DNA of 64,000 nucleotides from Stegostoma tigrinum (lineage: Eukaryota). Shown here piece by piece: positions 36,223 through 49,019 of the stretch. The notes under the pieces were generated by a model that was not told the DNA's origin, ran no database searches, and saw nothing but the letters and a program-made list of their open reading frames with translations. The stretch spans positions 42,096,381 to 42,160,380 of the forward strand of contig NC_081379.1 of the NCBI RefSeq assembly GCF_030684315.1, read 5' to 3'. Made by a program: the position numbers and the translations under genes. Position 1 is the first letter of the stretch. Each line of letters opens with the position of its first letter.

Positions 36223-38461
36223 GTAAGATTACCATTTTTAAAACAAGGCCAAAGTTGCAACTAGTGCTGGTTGAATGAGGAGTTGGGTGGGCAACTATGA
36301 GGCAACTGCAGAGTGTATTGAGGCAGTGTGAGTGGTTTCTCTTACATTTGACTTTTAAGGTTATTACTTGCCCACTTCAATCAACAACTGACTGAGAGTT
36401 TCAACTATATGGTAATGACAAATTTGTGAGAGTAGGACGAGAGCTGAGTTAGCATGCCGCAGGAATGCATCTTGTTGGACTGCGGTATTACTCCAGAATT
36501 TATTCTACTATGGATCTGGCATACAGCTGTTTGGTCCCCATAGATATCCATAATGCAAAGTTGTGGGATGTTTGTGACAACAGCATTGGAATGGTTTACA
36601 ATTTAGAAGTGAGTAGAGCAATAGTTAGAATGATGTTTTGGACAGATATAAAATGGCCATGTCTTAAATGAGTATTTGTGCAGTGCACATCAGTTTGAGC
36701 AGGTTTTTTGGGTCAGTAAATAGTACAATTTTCTCTGAGCAAGATTGCAGGATTTGTAGACCGTGGAAGGAGCATTCTTGATGTTGCCCAAACCCCATTC
36801 CAAAACTTCCAATAAAATCATGATAGCAGGAGAGACTCTGGTCAGTCAGGCTTGATGCACTGTGGTGCGTCTTAAATTATAACCACTTGTCTCCCTCTGA
36901 AGCAGGGAAACATACCTGTAGTCCCATCCGGGCTATAGTTGATGGTAGATGGACATCCATATAGGGAGCAAGCGGTTTCTTTATGGCCATATCCTTGTGC
37001 TGATTTGGCTCAGCTTTCCTGTAAGTGGTGCAAATCTGAACCAGTAAAAACAAAACTGCTGGGATACACAGCAGGTCTGGAAGCATCAATGGAAAAGGAA
37101 ACTGTGGAGGTTTTGCGTTCTTCATTAGAACTGGGAAAAGTTAGGAAGAGGGTAGAAGCAGAACAAGTAAAGGAAGGTCAGATTGGACGGAAAGAAGTTA
37201 ATAGGTTAAATAACGGAAGGTTAATGGTACAAGTCAACCATGTGGTAATAGTACAAATGAAAAGAAACCAAAGGTGTGACTAGAGGAGTTATGAATGACA
37301 GAAGAATTGCAACAAGATGAAAAATAATTTCTCCTGCCTTTGGATGGATGTTATATTTGAACTGGAATTTGGGTGTCCACATCAAATCTCATTATTGGTC
37401 ATCTTACCTCCAGTTCAAGATGGTGCAATAGGTTTGTGAGAGACAATGCAATAAAGTAGAAAATCCTATCCCTTGTGATGATTTGTTTTAAGCACCCTTG
37501 GTAACATGTTATATAACACCTATTGTAACTGTGTTCTCTTCCCTCAATCTCAATTAAATTATTGCATTGTGGAGAGAGATTGCATTTGGCTTTGGGAAGA
37601 AATTCCTTGCTTGCCTCTTGGTGAGGAAGTGTCATTTGCTCCTTGCAGGATTGGTGGTTTCAGTGATAAAGAAGCTGGGCAAGATTGGATATAACATGTC
37701 ACTGGCTCTTATTAGTGGATTTGCCTGGTTTTAAGCATTATTTTGCTATGCACTGTTGGGAATGCAAACAAAGCAAATACTGAAATCTTCCTTCACTAGT
37801 GTAACTACCCTGTTTCAAGCTGGTTTGCTCTTACTTGGACACATTTCCAAAATGTGGAATTTTGTAGTTGGCAATACCATACATTGTAATTAACTTGGCT
37901 TCAGTGTTGATCCAATTTGAAACACATTTTGTCACTGGGACATTAACAAGGACAACAATAGAATCTGGAGCAGTACTAAAATAATTAGTCAACAAAATGG
38001 CTAGTTTCTCAATATGATATGGTCCTAGTGTGGATTTAATTTCGTTTTTTTCTTAACTTTTTATAGCACCTCGGTATATCTTTTGAAACAAAAAAAACAC
38101 GGTAGCCACTACATATGAATATGTTAAGAACAGGAGTAGGCCCTTCCACCCTTTTGGCCTACTCCTCCATTTGATAAGATTATGATTGAGGCCTCAACTC
38201 CACTTTCCTGCCTACTTTCAATAACTATTGACTTCATTGTTAGTTGAGAATCTATCTACCTCTGTCTTAAAAATATCTGATGACCCTCAGCAGTTCACAA
38301 GAATCATGTCACAGTTAAATCTGACTTTTGTAACTTGGATGATGTGAGAATCTGGGGTGAAAAATAATCCATTGCTATGCTGATTTCAATTTCAGTGTTC
38401 TGTAGAAGTCAAGCTGTTGCATTTAAGGTTTAGTGTTCTTTGTGATATTTGTGCTTTATAG

Positions 38462-38670
38462 AGGCTAAAGAAAGTGCACAAAGGACCTCCAAGCGACTGG
38501 CTGAAAAGAGACAGAAGGAGCAGTGTGAGGTTTCTATGAATGAAGATTCCACGCTACCTTCAGTCACTGCCATTCCTCCTCCACCACCACCACTACCACC
38601 ACCATCTGTTTCAGCTCCCAGTAATCCAGCGTTTAAAACTCCTCTGAGAGGCAAATTGAACCTTCACACA
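38462..38670 (+). CDS. Uncharacterised PRR11/MTFR-like protein, coding exon 3 (polyproline)
   Basis: ttatag|AG GCT ... CAC ACA|gtgagt; (E)AKESAQRTSKRLAEKRQKEQCEVSMNEDSTLPSVTAIPPPPPPLPPPSVSAPSNPAFKTPLRGKLNLHT. Confidence 0.85.
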
Positions 38671-39020
38671 GTGAGTAATCAGCTTCAAAGGAAGCATGGC
38701 TAGAGTGGTAAGCTTGACGTCTGCTTTATTGTTTGTAGGTGCAACAGACTTGTGGGCTGGAGAAAGAGACTATCACTGAATGGAAAGTGCTCGGGAGAAC
38801 AGTATACAAAATCAGATGGACAAAGGAAGGTCTGAGTTTTTTCATGTATAAGGAAAAAAAAGGAAGAATTGCATCTACATAACCCCTTTCGCAAGTTCAG
38901 TAAACCTCAATGTACTTTACAAACGACAATGTATGTTGAAGTGTAGTCATTGTTTTAATGTAGGAATTAGTGCAGCTGATTTGAGCAACGGAAGGTTAAG
39001 ATTTGTTTTCTGTGTTGCAG

Positions 39021-39097
39021 AGAGAAGCAAAGGTTTTGGCAACTCCAGCTCTGTTGGACAGCTACGGACTGGGCAGGCTCAATCGACGCTGTAAAAG
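39021..39097 (+). CDS. Uncharacterised PRR11/MTFR-like protein, probable coding exon 4
   Basis: tgttgcag|AGA GAA ... AAA AG|gtgagg; REAKVLATPALLDSYGLGRLNRRCK; strong splice sites, open in phase 0. Confidence 0.65.
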
Positions 39098-39550
39098 GTG
39101 AGGAGATGGTATATTTAATTTGAAGCGTACTGATTAAAATTTAGAATTTGGCCTTGACTTTTGATAGCATTTCTCAATCCTGTTCAGTCTGCCTGGTGGT
39201 TAGCTATGTTAGTTTGTAGAGTGATAAATGGGGGCATCTAGCATTTTTGACTGAGAGCTCCACCTTTTATCCTCCTTCCTATTGATCCTAGTTCGGGGTG
39301 GCAATAAGACTGTGGATGCTGCTACTGACTTTTGGGGTGGGGAAATAGATTATCACCAAATTGAAAGCAGGAGGGAAAGTAGTTGGGAGGTAACAGAAAG
39401 CTATACGTCCTTACAGTTTGTGAACTGTATAGGTATGCTCCACACAACATTCAGAATTATGTTCAGCATTTAGTATGTCCACATTTTCCAGATATCAAGT
39501 TGCTAGCACTAAGATATCTTAGTATCCTACTTTTTGGGTTCATCTGACAA

Positions 39551-39752
39551 TAGAACATAGAACATTACAGCACAGTACATGCCCTTCGGCCCTCGATGTT
39601 GTGCCAACCTGTCATACCGATCTGAAGCCCATCTAACCTACACTATTCCATGTACGTCCATATGCTCATCCAATGATGACTTAAATGTACCTAAAATTGG
39701 TGAATCTACAACTGTTGCAGGCAAAGCGTTCCGTTCCCTTGCTACTCTGAGT
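39551..39752 (-). mobile_element. CR1 3' tail (same subfamily as 13648)
   Basis: tagaacatagaacattacagcacagtac..ggccctcgatgttgtgccaacc matches 13648-13840. Confidence 0.85.
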
Positions 39753-40034
39753 AAAGATAAGGCAATAATCTGGTTGTATTAGTGAAAGGATTTAAGGAAA
39801 GTTACAGAAAGAAAAATAGACTCAGATTCTTCTTTGCTGGATGGTTTTAAAATAGCTTCATTGTATTAAGTATTCAACACACTAAATAGATATTGCACTA
39901 AAAGAGAAGGATAAAATTACTTGAAAAAATTGACTATGTAGTTACATGTCAACCATTTGAGATCACATGTTCCAGTTTTGTAATGAAAAAGGAAATAAGG
40001 AAGAATGAGATTTCTAGAATGTGCTATATGGGGA

Positions 40035-40350
40035 GTCAACAGCCTAGTGGTACTTTCAGTAGACTGTTACTCTGTTCTGGAGACCTGGGTTCGAATTATG
40101 TCATGGCAGATGGTGGAATTTGAATTCAGTAAAAAGAAAATCTGGAATTAAGAGGCTAATGACCCTGAATCCATTGCCTTTTAATCCTTTAGGGAGGGAA
40201 ACTGCCATCCTTGTCAGGTCTGTACTTCATATGACTCTAGACAGCCACTGATGTATTTGACTCATAACTGCCTTCTGACCAATTAGGAATGGGCAATAAA
40301 TGCTGGCCTAGACAGCAATGCCATCATCCCATGAATGAATTAAAAATAAA
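40035..40350 (+). mobile_element. tRNA-derived SINE
   Basis: gcctagtggta A box, GGGTTCGAAT B box, gggcaataaatgctggcc..cccatgaatgaattaaaa tail. Confidence 0.75.
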
Positions 40351-40946
40351 CAATGTGTTTGCCTAAATGAGTATACCAGTAGTCACTGTACATTCTATGT
40401 ATTAGTTTCTGCTCAAAGATGGTCACTTAGACCACCATGAGATATGAACTCTTTGCATTTAAAGGTTTTATAAATCTCCTTCTTGGTTTGGTTTTTCTAG
40501 TGAGATCACGAAATGATTTTCTTCTGAATTTTCTATTCGTCATAATAGAGGCAGTTTCACAATGTAACAGGCTAAAATTCCCACTACCATAAAGAGGCCT
40601 AGGTTCACGTGATAAAGATGACTTAGAGCTTGTCTGAGCAGTAATTTGGGAGTACTGGGTGGAAGTTCATTAGTACGCTAAGGAAATGCAGCACAAAATA
40701 TTCATTCATTTTCATTTGGACTAGTGCAAATGTTGGAGTAACTTCATTCTGTGCCTGGCAAGTTTGGAAATTCTTGGAACTTTTTCTGGAAAAAACTTTG
40801 GTAGCCTAAATAGGAAAGGTGCCACTCTCATGTACATAACAGAAAACCTAAATCTAGAATTTGCATATGAAATAAATCGCACTAATTGAGCACTCTGTGC
40901 TTTTAATCTCTTTTTATGGATTTCCTTATAAGTGGTGTGCATCTAG

Positions 40947-41063
40947 TATTGCAGATCTGAGAGTTCCTGAAGGTGACAATAGCACTGAACCTGTCCAAAG
41001 TATCCACTCTGAACTTCTGGCTGCAAACCATTTTGAGAGACTACGATCAACAGGCATCCATCG
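40947..41063 (+). CDS. Uncharacterised PRR11/MTFR-like protein, coding exon 5 (WH2-like motif); acceptor position uncertain (40933 or 40947)
   Basis: (S)IADLRVPEGDNSTEPVQSIHSELLAANHFERLRSTGIH(R), donor CAT CG|gtatgt. Confidence 0.75.
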
Positions 41064-41599
41064 GTATGTCAAAAGCTTTGTTACGGTGTCTACCTGAAGA
41101 TGTGATCTCATAGTTACTACTGTTCTTCTAATTAGTGACATAGGAAAACCATTTTCAGAAATGGTTCCTCAGGACAAAGTCCCAGAGGTTTTCAGGGCAT
41201 TCCCAATGCAGTACGCTTGATACTTACACCTCCATTTGACCTGCTACGTAGAAAAGACTCAATCCTTGCACATCTCTATGCTGTCTGTTGCCGTATTGCA
41301 AACAGCTGTTAGTTTTTTTTTCTGATGTGGATCAGAATTCATTCTGAAGTAGGAGATCACAAAGATTAGGAAAGATATGAATAAAGCTAAGTTGATTGAG
41401 AAAGCCATAAGTGCTTCATTTAAACCAAAATGGAGTTGGGTAAAATAAGATGTAATGTAATGCCCAGTTTCAGAAGGAAGAGGGGCAGAAGATAGGGAAA
41501 CTATAGGCCAGCTAGCTTGACCTTGGTTATTGGTAAGATTTTAGAGCGCATTGAGGATGGGATTGCAGGGTGCTTGGAAGTGCATGACAAAATAGGACA

Positions 41600-41800
41600 G
41601 AGTCAGCAGGCCTGGCAGCATCTGTGAAGGAGTAGACAGAGTTAACGTTTCGGGTCCGGTGACCCTTCTTCAGAACTGACGGTGGCTGGGAAAACATCAG
41701 TTTATATGCAGAAAATAGGGAGGTGGGTGGGGTAGGGAGTAAATGATAGGATATAGCCCAAAGAGAGAGAAAGACAGTTGGACAGACAAAGGAGGTCTTG
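41600..41800 (-). mobile_element. PLE pseudo-LTR fragment nested in CR1
   Basis: Homologous to 5570-5800 in reverse orientation. Confidence 0.82.
41640..41677 (-). ncRNA. Minimal type I hammerhead ribozyme motif (best-preserved copy)
   Basis: Minus strand AGUU-CUGAAGA-A-GGGUC(ACCG)GACCC-GAAA-CG-UU-AACU; stem III self-complementary AACGUU. Confidence 0.75.
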
Positions 41801-43039
41801 GACAGACGAGGAGTGTGGGCAAAGAAGTGGCAGGTGAAATACAATTTGGGAAAGTCTAAAGTTATGCACTTTGGCTGGAAGGAGAGAGGCATAGTCTGTT
41901 TTCTGAAGCACAGAGGGACTTGGGAGTCCTAGTTTAGGATTCCTTTAAGGTTAACATGCAGGTTCAGTTGACTGTTAGGAAGGCAAATGTTAGCATTCAT
42001 TTCATGAGTGATATTATACAAGAGCAGAGATCTACTGAGTCTTTATAAAGCTCTGGTCAGACCTCATTTGGAATATTGTAGCATTTTGGGCTGCATATCC
42101 AACGAAGGATGTGCTGGCGTTGGGAGAGCGTCCAGAAGTGAATTACAACAGTGATCCTGGGATGAAGGGCTTGTCATGTGAGGTACAGTTGAGGACTCTG
42201 GGTCTGTAGTTGATGGAATTTACGATGAGGGGGAATCTGATCAAAACTTAGAATAATGAGAAGTCTGAAAAGCATGTAAGTGAAGAGAGACTAGGATCTG
42301 AGGGCACAGCCTGAAAGCGAAGGGATGTCCCTTTAGAACTGTGATGATTTTCTTCAGCCTGAGGGTAGTGAATCTGTGGAACTCATTGCCACAGAGGATT
42401 GTGGAGGCCAAATCACTATTTAAGACAAAGGTAGATGAGTTCTTACTTTTTAAAGGGGATCAAGGCTTATGAGGAGAAGGCAGGTGAGTGGGGTTGAGAA
42501 GTATATCAGCCATGATTGAATAGCAGAGTAGACTCGATGGGCTGAATGGCCCAATTCTACTTCTCTATCTTATGATCTAAAAGAGCACTTCGACCTAAAT
42601 AAGCCAGCATTGTGCACAATTGTTTGCTGGATTATTCCCAACTCTCTTAAATGCTGCACATATTTATGTAATTTTGAAGTTGTTTTCTGTTAATAAAACT
42701 AGATCTTAATAATTCCATCTAGTTTTGTGTTTATTGGTTATTGATGAAAATGAGGAATAGTTGCAGGTTGATTGTTTGAGTATGCACCTTTGTGACATAA
42801 TCTTAAACCAGTGATTAATATTCAACTAATTTTGTCTTTTCAATAGTGTTGTAAGAGTTGCTGAACATTTGATGTCAATGTCATAAAACAGTTCAAAGAG
42901 TCTGCTTTAATGTGGTACACAATCTGCAACACTGTCAACTAATCAACTTTACTGCTTCAGTTCCTACTGCATTATACCAACAATATGTCACTACCAAGAT
43001 TCTGCATTTAATTTCTAAACTGGAGTACTCTAGCATTTA

Positions 43040-43255
43040 TTAAAACAACAAAAGTGCTGATGGAACTCTGGTCAAGTTGCATCTGTGGAGGTATACACAG
43101 AGTTAACATTGCAAATTGAATATGACTTGAATTCTGTAGAAGATTAATATTGGATATCAAATGTTAACTCTGTTTCTCTCTCCAGCAATGTTATGGGACC
43201 TGTAGAGTGTCTCCAGCACCTTGTTTTCATTTGATTTTCAGCATCTGTAAAACTT
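43040..43255. mobile_element. Old fold-back mini-PLE
   Basis: gcatctgtggag..cagagttaaca / tgttaactctgtttctctctcca..cagcatctg inverted arms; cores decayed. Confidence 0.6.
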
Positions 43256-43445
43256 TATTTTTAATCTTGTAGTAAATTCATTTTATGTATTGTAAAATTA
43301 ACCACTTAAACTCTCCTTGATACCATTGGTTTCATTGCCTGTTGATCTCATGATGTTAACACTTATAATATCTTTCTTTACTAATTAAATCATAAAATAC
43401 ATATGTTTGTACTGAGTAACAATCTCCTGCTTGCTCCTTTTGTAG

Positions 43446-43647
43446 GTCTCCAGGTGGCACTCCATCCAAAATCCCCAAAAGTCAGCGAGTACAGGAAGGG
43501 GAAGTATGTTCTCCTGCATCTGCCTTTAATACAACATTATTGAATAAATTTCGCAATACAAAGAGCCCAATTGAGAGTGTTCCACGATCACCATCCAGCA
43601 GTGACAGTGAGAGTTCTGGATTCGCTACACCTCCAGGCAGCCCATGA
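43446..43647 (+). CDS. Uncharacterised PRR11/MTFR-like protein, terminal coding exon
   Basis: ttgtag|G TCT CCA GGT GGC ACT CCA; (R)SPGGTPSKIPKSQRVQEGEVCSPASAFNTTLLNKFRNTKSPIESVPRSPSSSDSESSGFATPPGSP*; RSPGGTP...LxxKF resembles the PRR11/MTFR2 C-terminus. Confidence 0.85.
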
Positions 43648-46199
43648 GTGAGGAACCCTGTAACTTCAACTCCCAAGAGTGACTGAAATCTCCAGCTCTG
43701 TCTGCCTCTTAAAGGGTTTTAACTTAAATGTCTGGTCTTAGTCAAATATTGACATGAAGAAGATGTGATCTGATGTAATATTACCTGAGTAATAAGTGCT
43801 TCTGATCCAAAATCATCTTTTTGAAAAAGAATCCTTATCTTTTAAACAGTCAGCAAAAATAATTTCATTCACTTGTTCCTGCCTATACTTCCACTATTTT
43901 TTAATGTTTGCAAATCTCAAAATTGACAAGGTTGTGGGACAATCTCTATTGCACTTTATATAATTCAATTCTTGAAATGATTGTGAGTTCTACCTTTTTT
44001 GAGACCGTGGCAACTGGGTGCAAATCAGTTTAATATCGGGTGCTTCTTAGCTGTTATTTTATCAAGAAATGTACAAAGTGCAAGAAAATGTTTTTGTTTT
44101 TAATTGAGCAGAATGTGTACTTCCAAATATATTTTGCAATGTCAGTCACCACAAAGGTGCCATGTTTTAACTAACATGGAATCTGTATATAAATCTGGAA
44201 GCATTGGTTTTACAAAGTGAGGAACTCCGATTAGCTTTCACTTCTGCAGCCCTTTTGCATGAACCCAGAAAAATGTGATGCAAATTGTGCCTCTATTCCT
44301 TATTAATGTCATTTAATATTTTCCTTCTGTTATTTAGCTACAGAGATGATAAAATTTTTTGAGTGGTAAAATTTCTACAACATATCATAGCCATAAGCTG
44401 TTGAACATGTATAAATTCGCTTGATGTTCCTTGTTTCTGACTTACTGTAATTTTACGAGTATTGTTTGTTCATTTGAAAACAAAAAAAATGGAATTTTTA
44501 TGAAGCAATGATGATAATACCAGAAGTGCTAGTTTTCTATTCCTAGCTTTTCAAACTGAAGAGGATTGTGTCTGATTGTATGTAACACAAATTAGGGTAT
44601 GAATTTATTGCTGGGATGCACCTACTAAGTGAAATCAAAGGCATTCTCCCAGGACCTGGGCTGCCAATAATTGTTAAAGGACAACAAGGCTATCTGAACA
44701 GTACACGATAGTTCAAGGCACTTGTTGAAACCCATTTAGAGTCTGTCTTGGCCAACAGACTAATTCACTTCTTGTTACAATCTCAAAGGTGCTTCTCAGA
44801 TATTTTCTTTCACTGCTTGCCTTGAAAAGCTCTTTGGAATAAGGCACAAATTTCTAAAGGATTTACACATCTCAGTTGAAACTACTGCCTTTGAGATAGG
44901 TGCTATAAAAGATCTTGCGTTGTTGCCTGTTGCATTAAGCAAGACCATTAAATCAGTGATAAATGTAAATGTTTTTAGTAGGAATTACAAATGGATTGTG
45001 GACTTTCTAAGCAAGCTTAAATATGTAAACATAATTATTCTTTTATTTGGGGGGTTTATGCCAAAGTGTTTATTCTAAATTAATGGATGAAATTCTGCTT
45101 TATGTTCCGCTGTCGTGCATTTCGGTATATCTGCCTCATTTAATCACCTTTATTTTAGCATCATTTATGTATTCATATTAGTTAAACATCCATGCAGCAC
45201 TGTGCAGTTTTTAATATACGTATGATACCCTCTGTGCATCTATCACAGTATTGAGAGTTCGCTTGTTCTGATCACAGGCCCCTATAGTAAAGAACTGTTT
45301 CCCCACCTCCCTCTTGTTTCAAAGATTGCTCGGTATTTCTTTTACCATTACAGAATCTCCAGGAGCACATGACAGTGTTGGAAGGCAGCTGGATCACTCG
45401 TGGATCCTCTCCAGAAGAGGTGTCTTTGGGGGAAGAAAAAGCAGACAGACACAGGATTTCTCCAGTGTAAACTGCAGGCTTTATTCCATGTAAATACTTA
45501 CTTGTGTGTCCTTTAATTCCCTTCATGTTTGTAATGCTGATGACAGTGGAATAAAGGACACCTACTTCATGCTCTTTTCGTGCGTTTAAACTTTGTTTCT
45601 TTTCTGGGGTAGTCAGTAAGGTTCTGCAGAACGGGCAACAAGTCAGGGCAAATAAGGTTGAAAGGTCAAGATGTAGGGAAGATGGTGGCTACATCACGTG
45701 CTCCCTATCTGTCCCACATCATGCTTCTCAGTTTGGAGTATCTGACCTAATCAATGCACTACTAGAAGCAAGAAAGTTATACTCATGGTGTTGGGGTCAA
45801 ATATGTTGAGAGATATCTAGGCCTCCTTGGAAAGCATGTATAGTGAATATTCCATTGAGATCATGAGGTAGTGCACAGGATCAATCTGCCTGTACAGGAT
45901 CTCAAGTTGGTGGGGAATCAGGCTGATTTTTTTTTTTTTAAAAACCTGCCTACACCACTTCTTGAAGGCTGGCTCCAATGGTTAACATTAGACCTTGCTA
46001 GACCATCGTGTGTCTTATTGGGGCAATTGGTGTAACTCAGGATGGGGAGGAACCTATGAAATTGTACAAGAAAGTGGTAGAGTATCCATGCAGATTGCCA
46101 AGTTAAACAACAAAATGTTTACCTCCAACCTAGAACATTCATAGGTATCCTTAAACATGCCCCTGATATGGAGACATCTCTAATCTCATTTCAGATATG

Positions 46200-48900
46200 G
46201 TCTTTGGTGAGATGTGTGAGACCTAGAGGAGGCATTCTGTTTCTTCTCTCAGAACATACAAGACAATGTTCAGTAAATATGATAACATTGAATGTTGTGA
46301 CCTAATAACCCACAGGGTTGTAACTAGAGATGACCATTTCGTAAAAGTTCTATTCCATAGGATCCCACCCCATCACTGAGGAAGACCAGGACTACCTGCA
46401 GAATTCTTTGGAGTGGGGTGTCATCTGAGAGTCAAGTGCCTATGCCTCCCGCATAGTCCTTGTGAAGGAGAAAAATGTAAAAGTTGAGGATCTGTGTCAA
46501 TTACCTGGCACTTGAGGCAAACACTCACAAGGATATTTATCATCTCCCTAGGATTGAGGAAGCTTGCAAATTCTCAAAGATGCAAGGAGACTTTCTGAGA
46601 TCTCAAAATGGTTCAGTTATAACAAGCTGCAAATTGTTGAATAAGACATTGAAAATGTGGCATTCCAAACAGGGGACTTTACAAATACATGAGAATGCCC
46701 TTTGAGACCTGCAAAGCCTCTGCCACTTACATGTGAGTGGTGGATGAAGTTTTTGACGACCTATATTTCCAGTCGCCCTTTGTTTTTCTAGAAAATATAC
46801 TCATTTTCATCTTGACATTTAGGGATCCCCTAGTAAGATCAGACACTCTTAGCTTGCTTGTCACAGTTTTTAAAATTTGAAAGAGCAGTGACAACTTCTC
46901 AGGACAAACTTATGGTGCCTTGGACATTTGGTTACCATGGAGGGCACCTCCCCTGACTGTCAGAAATTTCCAAGCGGTAGAGGAGTGGCCCTGCCCTAAC
47001 TGGAAAGGGATCAAGGCAGTTTCAATAGAAGCGTTGAGCAAAGCTATGCACAATAAACTGACCCACTCCACAATTTCCTGAGGAAATCATAGAATGCTGA
47101 AGAAGTGATTGAACAAGAATAAATGAGGTGTGATCATTCACAGAGCAGTACGGTGAATTAGACCCCAGCATGTGAAGACTCTTTGCACCTTCAAGCAGAA
47201 GCTTGTTTCATCACCTGTCCTTGGCTACCCAGGTTTTCAACTCATTTTCATTCCAGAAACTGCCTCCAGTTTCCTTGGCTTTGGTGCAGTGCTGTCATAG
47301 GTTTAAATGTAGAAAAGATAATAGGAATATGGAGAATTACCCCAGTTTGAAACTCAAACTGCTAGCTTTGAGGTGAACTATTTCCCAGAAAATCAGAGAC
47401 ATTCTTGTCACTGCTAAGTTTGAAGTGTTTACTGACAACATCCCACTCAGTGACTTTAATTTATCCGCCAAGCTGGAAACTGCAGGAACCAACTGGGACA
47501 CTGGACTCATGCAGTTTTGATTCTGTATCCAGTACATGCCAGGCAGAAGTAATGCAAATAGTGATGCCCTTAGATGGAAGACTAACCAGGGGAGGAGACT
47601 CATCTCTGGTCAGCTTAACAAAATAGGACCTCAGACAGCTTCAACTGATTGATGTGGGGATCAGAAGACTACACATTACTGGGACACCCATTATTGACTA
47701 ACCAAGCTTGAGACACAAGAATTGTTGCACTTCTGGGAGAATGTTGGGAAGGATGGAGTCCTCTATTAGCTGGTGTACACAAGAGGAGAAAGGGATGAAA
47801 CAATTTATTCTTCCCAACAGCCTAAAGTGTTATGCATTGTTATCAGCTGAGCAGAGGAGCTTGAGCAATAGTACTGGCAGCTCCAACGACAATTTACATC
47901 AGAACAGACAGCTGAACTGGATAGATGCTGATGGTTATTGGCCAAGGATGGCTGCTGATATTAACGACCACTGTTAAAATTGTGAGAAAATTACTTTACC
48001 CGAAGTAGGGAAATTACTCCACTCCAGCTTGGGATCCCTGGTCACTAAGAGACTCTGGAGTTTCTTGCAATGGATTTTATGGTGCTTGACTCTAGTAGTA
48101 ATAGGACTGGGCATGTTCTCATACTCATGGATGTCTTCACCATGTTCACACAGGACATTCCGACCAATGTCCAAAAGACCGATAGCCACAGTGTTAATAT
48201 GTGATTGGTTTGTCTGTTTCATTCATCATCCACTATGGTTTCATAGGGGTGCAACCTTGAGAGCAAAATCTTACAGCAGCTTTGCAAAGTCTATGCACGG
48301 GCAAAAGCTTCAGCACTGCAATCACCAAGAGGGTAATGGTCAGTGTGAACAATCAAACCAAACTCTGCAAGATCATCTGCACACCTTGCCTCTTGACAGC
48401 AAACAAGAGGGACCCGAATATCTTCTGGATTATGCCTACAATAGCATACCACACTCAGCTATGTGAGAAGTAGTAGCATCACTGAACTTGTAATCCAGAA
48501 TCCAGGTTAAAGCTCTGGGGGAATGGGTTCAAATCCCACCATGGTAGATGATGAAATTTAAATTTAATTAAAGAATCTAAGGGGGTGGGGGAAGGGAAGG
48601 CTAGCACAATGGTGATTGTGGAAACCCATCTGATTGACTAATGTCCTACTGGGTAGGAAATCTGCTATCCTTACTTGGTCTGGCCTACATATAATGCCAG
48701 ACTCTTCGCAATGTGGCTGACTCTTAACTGCCTTCTGTTTAGTTAGGGATGGGTAACAGATGCCAGCAAATGCCAACATTCAGTCAGCGAACATGAAAAA
48801 TAAAAATTCTCCACACTATCTCTTCTTTAGAAGATACCCAGTCCTTCCTGTGTATCAATTGTGCCAAGACTTCCAGCAACAGGTGTCAATGGTGGGGAGA
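46200..48900 (+). mobile_element. Decayed Gypsy/Ty3 LTR-retrotransposon pol (RT-RNaseH-integrase), interrupted by a SINE at 48470-48805
   Basis: SAYASRIVLVKEK, LRICVNYLAL..KDIYHLPRIEE, LGFGAVLS, KLKLLALR..FEVFTDNIPL, HQEGNGQCEQSNQTLQDHL, SPHYLFFRRYPVLP in Gypsy domain order. Confidence 0.88.
48470..48805 (+). mobile_element. tRNA-derived SINE
   Basis: gggttcaaatcccaccatggtagatg, ctgctatccttacttggtctggcctac, matches the 40035 family. Confidence 0.72.
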
Positions 48901-49019
48901 CAGCAGCTGAAGCAGTTGAACAGACCTGCACTGGGGGAAGAAAGAAAAGGTATTTCGGGTAAGGAAACTTTGTGGGATAAAGGAACAAATCCTCAGCTTT
49001 GTATTTAGATTAAAGCAGT

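Larger units (their letters stand above)
41440..42580 (+). mobile_element. CR1 ORF2 remnant with a PLE insertion replacing the central RT region
   Basis: aactataggccag (NYRP), then after 41800 gtggcaggtgaaa..gcactttgg..gggacttgggagtcc..CR1 3' tail at 42540-42580. Confidence 0.85.

Noticed and set aside
38650-38656. GC-type donor AGA G|gcaaat for the polyproline exon
   Set aside because: It would place the next exon in a frame with a TAA; the canonical ACA|gtgagt donor 20 nt downstream keeps the frame open
35327-43647. Assigning the symbol PRR11, MTFR2 or NEMP
   Set aside because: Only motif-level similarity; no KEN box or LKKT repeats as in PRR11, no transmembrane region as in NEMP, and the synteny does not fit
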